Position numbers and translations under genes: made by a program. 53,684 bases of DNA from Bacteroidota bacterium. Its GTDB lineage: Bacteria; Bacteroidota; Bacteroidia; 2-12-FULL-35-15. Of the stretch, positions 19,703-29,503 are shown piece by piece (the stretch's first letter is position 1; each line of letters opens with the position of its first letter). A model generated the notes under the pieces. It searched no databases. It saw only the letters and a list, made by a program, of their open reading frames with translations, and was not told the origin of the DNA. Location of the stretch: positions 10,982-64,665 of the forward strand of contig JAZKBX010000120.1 of the NCBI GenBank assembly GCA_040388455.1, written 5' to 3'.

Positions 19703-20386
19703 TTGACGTGGGTCGCTGCAGGCATAGCATCTGGGGCTGCAACGATGGCCGGGGTGCAATACGTAAAAGGTAAACGGGATCAGAAAAAGGCTGAAAAAAA
19801 TCGGCCTAAGTATGAGATACCGGAAGAAGCCTATCAAAATCTTAATCAGGCTCAGCAGTCTGCTTTGCAGGGTTTGCCAGAGGCTCAAAAGCAGCAATAT
19901 CTAAACAATTTGCAGCAGAGTTCGGCTTATGCTTTACAACAAACTACTTCACGAAGAGGCGGTTTGACTGGTGTCGCTGCTATAAATCAGCAACAGAATC
20001 AAGGGCTACAAAATTTAGCTGCTAGTGATGCTCAGGCTCGAATGAATAATCAGCAACAATTGTATAACTTCCGTAATCAAATGGCTGATTATAAAGGTCA
20101 AGCGTACCAGGTTAATAAACTGAATCCTTATTACGAAGGTATAGCTCAAAAGCAAGCCAGGGATGCGGCTTTGTTTCAAAATCTGAATAACGCTGCTGGT
20201 ATGGGGATGTCAGGCATGGGTGGTGGAGGTAAGTCTCAGCAACAACAAATGCCTACACAAAATCAGTACATAGATAATTCTAAGTACAATAATATGGGTC
20301 AAGGTAATTACAATGGTTACGATCCAAATTACAATCCGCAAGGTATTTATTCAGGCGGCAATTACGATATTTCAAATATAGGATAA
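19703..20386 (+). CDS. Ejection/pilot protein (small, Gln-rich, N-terminal hydrophobic Gly/Ala segment)
   Basis: MTWVAAGIASGAA N-terminus, Q/N/A-rich coiled coil; first of three ejection-type genes; TTG start. Confidence 0.65.
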   Translation: MTWVAAGIASGAATMAGVQYVKGKRDQKKAEKNRPKYEIPEEAYQNLNQAQQSALQGLPEAQKQQYLNNLQQSSAYALQQTTSRRGGLTGVAAINQQQNQGLQNLAASDAQARMNNQQQLYNFRNQMADYKGQAYQVNKLNPYYEGIAQKQARDAALFQNLNNAAGMGMSGMGGGGKSQQQQMPTQNQYIDNSKYNNMGQGNYNGYDPNYNPQGIYSGGNYDISNIG

Positions 20387-20387
20387 T

Positions 20388-21791
20388 ATGTATAAGGTAA
20401 ATCCTTCGGATGCAATGACCGAGCTTTATGGCCTGAATAAAGCTGATGCACAGATATTTGATAATAGGCTTGCTCAACAGACTATTGCTAAAAAACAGCA
20501 ACAAGATGAGCTTGCTAGGCGCGAAAAAGAGGCGAAACTGTCTGGTTTAATGTCAGATGTTTCGAAGATTGGTAAAGGCGAAATACGTCCTGCTGATCTT
20601 GATTACTTTGCAGGTGAGCAAAAATCGTTATATGATGATGTTAAAAAAGCATTTTCAGAATCTCGTGGTGGTACTCTTCCTATTGAGAAGCAAGTTGACT
20701 TCGAAAACCGTATTGCTGATATCCAAAGAAAGGCTGCAATATCTGGATCTCGCCATAAGCAAAATATGTCAGAGTATCAGAAAGCTGTTATGCATCCAAA
20801 CAAATATACTAGGGCAGATGAGATTGAAAGGATACAGGCAGACAGCTTCGATAAGGCTAATGCTGGTAAATTTAACGAACCTCTCACTACTTTGACCGAG
20901 AACTTTGATTACGGTCAATATGTAAATGATAAATTGGCTCCTTGGGCTATGGAACAAGCTAAACGTAGAGATAATCGTGGGGTTTATGCAAATACGCCTG
21001 AAGAAAGAAATCAAATGATCATTGATGATTTAGCTGATCCTGTTAAAATGCAACAAGCTGAATATGATTTTTCTTCTGCTAGTGATAAGTTGGGGACAAA
21101 TAATCCTATTGATTATTATGTGAAAAAATATGCTGATAAGTTAAAGGTTGATGTTAAGCCAAAACTTTCAGAGTGGGAGTCAGGTGGTGGAGGCTCTTCA
21201 GAAAAAGAGCCAAAAGTTTCTGGAGTGTATTCTCCTAATGATGATAATACTGGAAATTTTCAGTTTGAATATACAAATACAACAGACAATCCTTACATAT
21301 TAATTCAGGATCCAAAAAATCCAGGAAGCCAGTTAGGGGTGAAGCCGTTGTCTGTTTATATTGATAAGAAAACTCCTGGTAATACTAAAATGAAGGCAGC
21401 TGTTCAGTTGACTGCTGAACAAAAGAAGGATAATGATGAAGCTGTAAAAAATTCTGAATCAAAGCCGTATAGAGAGGTTATTGAACTTGGTTATACTGAT
21501 GTTGACAATATCATGAAAAACAAGTTTAAGGTTCCTAATGTGTTTTCTATAGCTCACGGAAATACTCCAAAAGGGGTTGATGTTAAGTATAATAATTCGC
21601 CAAACTCTAAAAAAGGTACGACAGTAGGTCCGAGTATGACTGATGCGGAGAGAGCTAAAGCTAAATATAGTGCCGTCCAAACATTTGATGAATATAAAAA
21701 TGCTTACATGTCCGCTAAAAATAAATCTAAATTAACTCAGGAAGATATAGATTACCTTAACAAGAAGTGGGCTGAAAAAACTAAAAAATAA
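20388..21791 (+). CDS. Internal virion / ejection protein (medium)
   Basis: 467 aa, helical and charged, between the pilot and giant ejection genes. Confidence 0.55.
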   Translation: MYKVNPSDAMTELYGLNKADAQIFDNRLAQQTIAKKQQQDELARREKEAKLSGLMSDVSKIGKGEIRPADLDYFAGEQKSLYDDVKKAFSESRGGTLPIEKQVDFENRIADIQRKAAISGSRHKQNMSEYQKAVMHPNKYTRADEIERIQADSFDKANAGKFNEPLTTLTENFDYGQYVNDKLAPWAMEQAKRRDNRGVYANTPEERNQMIIDDLADPVKMQQAEYDFSSASDKLGTNNPIDYYVKKYADKLKVDVKPKLSEWESGGGGSSEKEPKVSGVYSPNDDNTGNFQFEYTNTTDNPYILIQDPKNPGSQLGVKPLSVYIDKKTPGNTKMKAAVQLTAEQKKDNDEAVKNSESKPYREVIELGYTDVDNIMKNKFKVPNVFSIAHGNTPKGVDVKYNNSPNSKKGTTVGPSMTDAERAKAKYSAVQTFDEYKNAYMSAKNKSKLTQEDIDYLNKKWAEKTKK

Positions 21792-24700
21792 TGGAAAACA
21801 AAGTTACGATATCTGAAGATGAATTTGATGATGCACCAAAGGGTAGTGTAAGTATATCTGATAACGAATTTGATGATGCACCAGGAAACGAGGTGTCAAA
21901 AAAAAAATCCATCAGAATCATCATTGAGTTCGGATGGTGCTACATCGCCATCAACGGAAAGCGCCTCGGCCTACGCTCCCCAATCTATTACAGATCCGAA
22001 AAGTAAAATAAAGGAAGCTTTATCTGTTAAAGTTAATGAAGATTTTAGTAAAAATCCTATATTTCAGGATTCGAACCCTAATGCAAAAAGAAATAAAGAA
22101 ATTTATATCAACCATTTAGCATCCAAGGGGTACGATAAAAAACAGCTTCAAAATATTTCAGAAGGCGTAGACGACAGAACGAAGTTTATGCCTGATTTTG
22201 AGCGTCCGTATGGATCTCTTCAGCCTATTGTTGACTTTTCTGTTAATATGGTTACTGGTGCAGCTCAGGGGGTTAATGCCGGCCTTGAAAAGTTTAATCA
22301 AGGTATTGGTACTGTAGTAAATGCTTTAGGTGGTCAGACTGGAGGGTTTACTGACAAGGCTGAAGAACTTACAAAGGGTGGTCTTGAATCGGCTACCGGT
22401 TTGGGGGAAACGGCTTTAGCTGGTGCAAGTGTTGCTGTTCCGGAAATGGCTGCATTTGTGGCAAGTACAAGTGCTATAAAAGAAGCGGCTAGTGCTCTAC
22501 CTGATCATGAAGCAAAATTTGTAAATGATGTTGTTGACTTTCCTTTTGCTGCAGTATCAAAAACTGCACAAGCGCTTGGATTTAATCCAGAGAAACATGA
22601 GAATTGGGCTATGCTTATGGAGGTAGCCGATTTTGCTGCAATAGCAAAAGGTATCCAGGTATACGGAAAAAAAACAAATCCTATTCAATCAGTAAAAGAC
22701 CTTAATACTCTTTCAGATAAAGCTGTTAAGGGTGAAATGTCTCCTGAAGAAATGATTAAATATCAAGAGTTTGCTGATAAAACAAAGGATATTACATTAG
22801 AAGAAATACGTGAAGTAGCTGAAGAAAAAGGCTCATCCGAACTTGTTAAAAAGATTGATGAGAATATTGAATATGTTAAAAAAGAAAGGGAGAAACGTGG
22901 CCTTCCAACTGAAACTTACGTAGATGATCTTCCTGAATCTGTATTAAACACTATTGATCTTATTGATAAAGGCGCTCCTGTTGATGTGTCTGTTTTAGAG
23001 GAGTCAAGTAAAGCTTTGTATGATAAATACAAATTTCTGAAAGAAGAAAAGGAGAATCCTAATAGGATACAAACTATTGAGGAAATAAATAATATACAAG
23101 AAAAAATTGGTGAGGATATATCTTATATTGAAGATTATAAGAATAGAATGATCGAGGGAGATATTCCTTTGAATGAATTAAGTAAAAAGGTTGAGGACCT
23201 TAGTACAGAGATGAATAATGAAAATGTTTCTCCTGAAATGAAAGCTAAGTTTCAGGAAGAGATACAGGCTGCCGAATCTGAAATTAATAACATAAATGCT
23301 ATTAAGGATCAGAAAATATCTGATATTGCTAATTCTGAAATTGCGGATGCCAATAATGAGGTAATGCTTGAAATTAAGAAAGAGGACCTTAAAAACGCTA
23401 CAACTGAAACCGGAAAAGATTTAATTCAGAAGGAGATAGATGCACTAGAGCCGTTAGTTAATAATTCAAAAACAAAACCGGAGCGAAAGATTTCAAAAAA
23501 AACGGATTACACAAAAGGTAAGCGTGCTGAAGATGTTGCTGCTGAACAGGGTGTTGAATTTTCTTCTCCGGAACATGCTCAGCAATTTATTCTTGAAAAT
23601 TCAGAGAACCCTGCTGAAATTGCTACTGAGTATATGAACATGGAAGCTGATGGTGAAATAAGTTATAAATCGCAACAGCTGGAGGATTACGGTATTAAAA
23701 TGACTGATGAAGAGTTTAATCAGAATTTCGATAAGAACAAAAAGAATTTTACGCTTGCCAAAAAATATATTGATAATAAACGTAAAGTTCCTTTGGATGT
23801 TCAGCTTATGGAGCTGTCTGAACGTGCTGGTATTGAAATAACTGAACAGGATTTGTTTGATCATATTGATAAAATGGAATTGGACCGTGCTTCCGGAAAA
23901 GAATCAAGTTCAAAAACAAAATTTAAAAGTAAATTTTACGAGTTAACCGGTAAGGAATTGACTCCTGCTTTGGCACGTGAAATTATTAAGGATGAAATAA
24001 ACCAAAACATTGAAAATTATGAGCAATACATCACAAGAGAAAACCTCACTGCAGAAGCAGAAGAACAACTCTACTATGAAGGACTTAGAGATGGAACAAT
24101 TCCAACCTTCGACTCAGAGCGATATGGCAATGTACCGCGCGATAAAAAGGTTTCAAAAGGAGCAAAAAAAATAGAGCAAGCTGTAGTAGAAGCGGAAAAG
24201 CCTATTTCTAAAAAGGTAAATCCAGTTGAAGATAAGTTGCCGGATCTTGGGAATAATGATGCTACGCCTAAAACTCAGAAGTTAGCTGAACGAATGGAGC
24301 TTTCCAGCGTGGTTAACAAAGAAATTAAGCAAGGGTTGTTGGATAAAGGTACTGAGTATATTCCTTTAAACATTGATATTTCAAAAGCTGATGCTAAGCA
24401 GTATGTAGAAGCTATGGATAAGGCCGGTGAACTGGATAAGGCTATAGCGAATGTTACAAATATGCTTAAAAGTGATCCTAAAAATCTTAATGAAAGATTT
24501 AATCGTGGACTTATAAGTGCTGAGTTGTTTGAGAAGTTGGCAGATAAATCAAATAACGCTAAAACGGACGCTCAGAAAACATTATATCGTGACCTGGCTG
24601 TAGATTTGGCAAAGTTTGCCGCTGACAGCTTTACTTCTGCTGGTAAAGAATTAAATGCTGCAAAAGTTTGGAAAAGAATGATGGAGCGTACACCAGATGG

Positions 24701-27551
24701 TGTTGTTCAAAGTATTCGTGAATCTTATGCTGAACAAAATAAGCCTGTGCTCGACTCGTTGAAAGGTGATATAAAAGATGCAAAAAAAGTTATTGACGAA
24801 TTTCTTGAATCAAAAGATTTTAAGGATCTTGTTGGTAAAAAGGTTAAGGAGGAGTTAGTTAAGCTCGGTAAAAAATCTGAAGGTAAATCAATTCCAAAAG
24901 ATGCCAATATATTTAACAGTAAGGCTGTTCGTGAATCGCGTAAAACTGAATTGATGGCCAAATGGAAGGCTGCTAAGGGTAGCGCATCATCATCTATTGT
25001 TGGTCTAAATAAAGAACAGATTGAGGTTGCAGGTGAAATGGCTTTGATACATATTGTTGAGGGGGTTGTGAAGGCTGCTGATTTAGCTGTAAAGTTGAGA
25101 AGTTCTTTAGGTTTAACTCCTGAGCAGTTTAAAGATTTGTGGGAGAATGTTGATGTTGCTGGTAAAAAGATTAAGGAATATGCTGAAGAAAAAGCCAAGG
25201 ATAAGTTTGATGAAAAAACAATTCAAAAAGCTATTGATGTATTTTCCGGAAAGGAAATTGATAAATTGGAAGAAAAAGCTTATCGGGATGCTGTTAAGCA
25301 ACAACTGTCTGATCCAAAAAGCGAACTTTATAAAAAGTTGACAGAAAAGCTTTCTAATGTTAAGCCTGAAAACAGGAAAAAAATTCTTGGTGATATATTA
25401 GCTGAAGTTGAAAAGGTTGGTGGTTTGTCTGATAAAAGATTTCAGGAGATTTATGGTGAAGCGTTTGGATTAAAAACTCTTTCCGGTGCTGAAGAGGTTA
25501 AGATACGTGCCCTTATTGATACGATAAATAAAGCGGAGAAGACTGGCGCTGAGTTATCAAAAACTATACTTGGTGGCGGGACAAAGGAACAAATTAAGCA
25601 GAAGCGTTCTGAGTGGGAGAAGGCTGTATTTGAGGCTCAAAAAGCGAACAATGAAGTTTCTCAGTATTTTAAGGCAGACAAACGAATAGGTAATACGATT
25701 TCATCTTTCATTCAGGCCGGACTGTTAACATCAATGTCGTTACTGAAAAACGTATATTCTAATACATTGATGATACCTACCAGGTCTACCCGTAGAGGTA
25801 TTGCAAGTGCAGCTGATTATTTAATATCAAAAGCTACCAATACTCCAAGAACAATAGATGCTCTAGCGTATTGGAAGGGTGCCATGCAGGGTGTTCGTCC
25901 GGGAGTTGAGGTTGCTTTTAAGGAGCTTTTAGGTGGTGTTAATCCTGAGCAAATGACTGAACGGGATTATAACCAAACATTAGAGCCATTAAAGGCGATG
26001 TATAGCTTTGTTAACGGGTTGAAGGGCAAAGAGAAGATTGCTGCGTATGATCAGGTTAATAATTTCATGGAAGGCACATTTGGCTTATCAGCTGAATTAA
26101 TGTTTAGATTGCTTAATCTTGGTGACAAACCGAATCGGGTTGCTGCTGAATTTGGTGCTGCATTTGAAATTGGGAAATTAAAGGGGTTAAAAGGTAAGGA
26201 ACTTGATAATTTTGTTTTATTCCCAGATGAAATAAGCGCTAAGGAGATTAAGCTGCAGGGTGAGCGTGCTGTATTTCAGCAAACGGAAGGTTTAACGGGA
26301 GAGGTGAGTAAAGGTTTAAAGAAACTAGAGGATGTTATATCTAATAAAATTTTTCCTCAGATTCCGCTGGTTGGGGATGTCTTGAAGGTTCTCTGGAAGA
26401 CACAAATGCCTTATAAGAAAACTCCATTAAATATTTTGGGTGAAACATTTAAGTTGGTTCTTCCAGAGGTTAGTGTTGCTGAAGGTTTGTATCATGCGTT
26501 AAAAACTGGTGACAGAAAAAAGGCTCTTGAAAGTTTTTCTAACGCTGCTATAGGTTTTGGAATACGTGAAGGTGTAAAGGCGCTTATGGCTAATAACCTG
26601 GTTACTGGTAGTGGGGATTATCGTGATAAAGAAGGTAATATGATTCAACAGCAAAACGTTGCTCCAAGCTCCATTAATATAAGTGGTATGCAACGTATGT
26701 TCTCTGGTGGAACTCCAGCTACAAAAGATGGAGATACTTGGATTAATTATTCAAATATGGGTCCTATAGGAATTTTCTTAGGGGTGCATTCTCAATTAAA
26801 AGACGTTCCAGATGAAGCTAGAAGTTATTTGATGGATTTAGCTACTGTTGTTCCTGCTACTGGTCAATACGCTTTAGAGCAATCGTTTTTATTGGGAATG
26901 AATAATTTCTTGACAGCCATGGGTGATAAAGAGGGTCGTAGCAGAAGGAAATGGGCTTTAAATACACTTGGAACTGTAGGTTCTGCTTTTTATCCTAACT
27001 CTGTTGCAACTGTTAGTAAAGCAGCTGATGAAAATGTTCGTGAGTTAAAAGATGAAAAATTTTCTACTGAACTTGTAAATACATTTAAGTCAAAAATGTT
27101 TATGGGTGATGGTCTTCCGTCAAAGGTTAATTTGTGGGGAGAGAAAATAACCGGTGCACCTGAAGGTAGAAGTAAAATGTTATGGTATCTGATGGATGTT
27201 ACTAAGTTTAAAAATGTTCCTACGGAATCTTATAACTATAAGGTGTTTCAGTTATGGAATAATGTAGAGGATACTAAATTAAAAAACGGTGTATTGCCAA
27301 ATGTTCCTCAGCAAAAAATAACAGTTAAAGGTGAGTCTGTTAAATTAACTCCTCAGCAGTATGAAAAATATCAGATATACACTGGTAAAAACCGGGCGGC
27401 ACTCGTTAGAGATTATGCTGAATCTCCTAATTGGGAAAAAGATAGTGATGAAAAGAAGGTTGAACGGTTAAAGGGTTTGTATTCTGATGGCCTTAGTAAC
27501 GCTAAAAGACAATTATTTAAGGAGTATCCTGAACTAAAAAAGAAGAAGTAA
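21791..27551 (+). CDS. Giant internal virion/ejection protein, ~1919 aa, read across a +1 frame change at A10 (21898-21907)
   Basis: The ATG at 21791 is coupled to the upstream stop (TAATG). Its 71-aa frame overlaps the 1893-aa frame exactly at the A10 run. C-terminus resembles large podophage internal virion proteins. Confidence 0.7.
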
Positions 27552-27553
27552 AT

Positions 27554-27595
27554 TTGTTACATAACTTATTTAAAAAATAGTAAAAATTATATTTG
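27554..27595 (+). promoter_or_regulatory. Late promoter 6 (tail fibre operon)
   Basis: TTGTTACA 27554-27561, TATATTTG 27588-27595 (offset 34). Confidence 0.75.
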
Positions 27596-27622
27596 TATTA
27601 ACTAAAAACCCATTTTATAAAC

Positions 27623-28078
27623 ATGAAGCAATTTATTTATGATATAATCTCTGATAAGAGATCTATCCCTTTTAATTCTACAGGTACAGGAACGGTAGTT
27701 ACTCACGGGATCGCTGTCGTTGGAACAGGAACTTTGTTTACTACTGAAATGCGTGTTGGTTCTTATTTAGTTGATCTAGCAAATGATGAAGTAAGAAGAG
27801 TTTATCGTGTTGATAGTGATACATTGGCTTTTTTAGATATTGCTTTTACGGTCGATTTATCTTCGGTAGCTCCAGAGATAATAGCAGCTCACCAAATGAA
27901 GGTAAAGCTTATTTCCTTGGATACTGAAGATTCTTGTTTTGTAGATGGTGTTGCATTTACAGGGGTTATGACAATTCCAAGAACAGGAAATGACAGAAGC
28001 AGCCGTTCTGATTTAATTGATCCAATTATTGTTGATGCTTCCGGTGGCTCAATGAAAGTAGAAATCCTTAACTTTTAA
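27623..28078 (+). CDS. Tail-associated structural protein
   Basis: 'GTGTV...VVGTGTLFTTE..VG' motif common in tail fibre N-terminal modules. Confidence 0.55.
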   Translation: MKQFIYDIISDKRSIPFNSTGTGTVVTHGIAVVGTGTLFTTEMRVGSYLVDLANDEVRRVYRVDSDTLAFLDIAFTVDLSSVAPEIIAAHQMKVKLISLDTEDSCFVDGVAFTGVMTIPRTGNDRSSRSDLIDPIIVDASGGSMKVEILNF

Positions 28079-28084
28079 TTTGAT

Positions 28085-29050
28085 ATGAAAAATTTAATTT
28101 CAATATTGTTCTTGATAGTTTCTTTGAATGCGTATTCTCAATTTGGACCAATTCCTAGTGGAGGTGGTGGTAGTACATTAAAGAATCCTCCATTAAATAC
28201 ATATCTGCCTAATGGTTCTGTTATTGGCTCTTATGCTGCACCATCAAATGATAATTTTGCATTTGATGGGACAAATATGTGGGTAACTAATAATGCTTCT
28301 AGCGGTTCTGCGTTAGATACTGTTTTAGTGTTTTCTGCAACAGGTAAGCGGGTTCAGACTATTTTATTAAGGGTTTCATCTAATCCACAAGGCATTGCAT
28401 TTGATGGGACAAATATGTGGGTAACTTGTTCAGGTAAAAACGGTGTTTACAAAATAACCAATACTTATGATACTGTTTTTTATTCTTTAGGGTTTTACCC
28501 TGTTGGCATTGCATTTGATGGAACAAATATGTGGGTTGTTGATTTAACAAATAATGGAGTGTCGAAAATATCATCTACTGGAACGCATACAGAATACTCA
28601 TTGTCTGGGGCTACAGATCCTAGGTTTATCGCTTTTGATGGTACTTATATGTGGGTTACTGATGATGCCACTACTGGTGTCTTTAGAGTTGCTTCAAATG
28701 GAACATCTGTATTTTATGATATGACAGGATCCGAGGTTCCTTATGGTGTATGTTACGATGGGAGGTATATTTGGACCGCTAATTCTTCTGGTAATAGTGT
28801 GAGTAGAATATCTCAAAGCGGATCCATAATAACTTATTCTATTGGCGCTAACACAAATCCTCAATTTGTTGCGTATAGTGGTAACTATATTTATACTTCT
28901 AATCTTAATAATTCTACTTTAACTAAAATAACTACTTCTAATGGATCAGTAACTTCTATTTCTGCACCAAGCAATATATATTATTTGTTTTATGATGGCA
29001 GTAATATGTGGTTAGGTGGATCGCGTTTATATAAAATGTTGGTTAGATAA
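28085..29050 (+). CDS. Beta-propeller protein (YncE/Vgb-like repeats) with N-terminal signal peptide
   Basis: About 7 repeats of P.GIAFDGTNMWVT; MKNLISILFLIVSLNAYS|Q signal-like N-terminus. Confidence 0.75.
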   Translation: MKNLISILFLIVSLNAYSQFGPIPSGGGGSTLKNPPLNTYLPNGSVIGSYAAPSNDNFAFDGTNMWVTNNASSGSALDTVLVFSATGKRVQTILLRVSSNPQGIAFDGTNMWVTCSGKNGVYKITNTYDTVFYSLGFYPVGIAFDGTNMWVVDLTNNGVSKISSTGTHTEYSLSGATDPRFIAFDGTYMWVTDDATTGVFRVASNGTSVFYDMTGSEVPYGVCYDGRYIWTANSSGNSVSRISQSGSIITYSIGANTNPQFVAYSGNYIYTSNLNNSTLTKITTSNGSVTSISAPSNIYYLFYDGSNMWLGGSRLYKMLVR

Positions 29051-29062
29051 AAAATATTTTAA

Positions 29063-29491
29063 ATGGCTTTACTTACGGCTAGGCAAATACAAACTATAAA
29101 CATAGCAAGATCAGCTATTCCTGGAATGTTGTACCATGGAACTGATGGTAAGACATTCCAGGGACAAGTTGATAGAAAGCTATTAGAGTATCAGCCAGCA
29201 GTTACTTCTTCATTTATTCCTACTGCAACAAATAAAGAAGTAAACGTTCAAAAGGCTATTGAGAATATAAGTGTTGCGGTTGCTGGAGCATCTTTAAAAG
29301 AAATACCTCTTCTTAGTGGTGTAATTAATGGAATAAATACTGTTTTTGTGTGGAAATATGTTCCGTTAATTGTTAATTATAATGGTCAAATATTGAGAGA
29401 GGGTGTTGGTTATACTATCTCTGGAACGGTTACTACATTAGCTAATGCTCCATTTATTGGGGAATTAGTTTGGGCTTACGGAAACTACTAA
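29063..29491 (+). CDS. Tail fibre-associated protein
   Basis: 'GVINGINTVF...YNGQILREGVGYTISG...AP' motif of fibre-shoulder domains. Confidence 0.55.
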   Translation: MALLTARQIQTINIARSAIPGMLYHGTDGKTFQGQVDRKLLEYQPAVTSSFIPTATNKEVNVQKAIENISVAVAGASLKEIPLLSGVINGINTVFVWKYVPLIVNYNGQILREGVGYTISGTVTTLANAPFIGELVWAYGNY

Positions 29492-29503
29492 AATTATGAA
29501 ATT

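Noticed and set aside
21870-21878. TTG/ATG at 21870-21876 as the true start of the giant protein
   Set aside because: These codons are out-of-frame by-products of the EFDD repeat (TTT GAT GAT G) and lack the A-rich start context used elsewhere; disfavoured, not formally excluded
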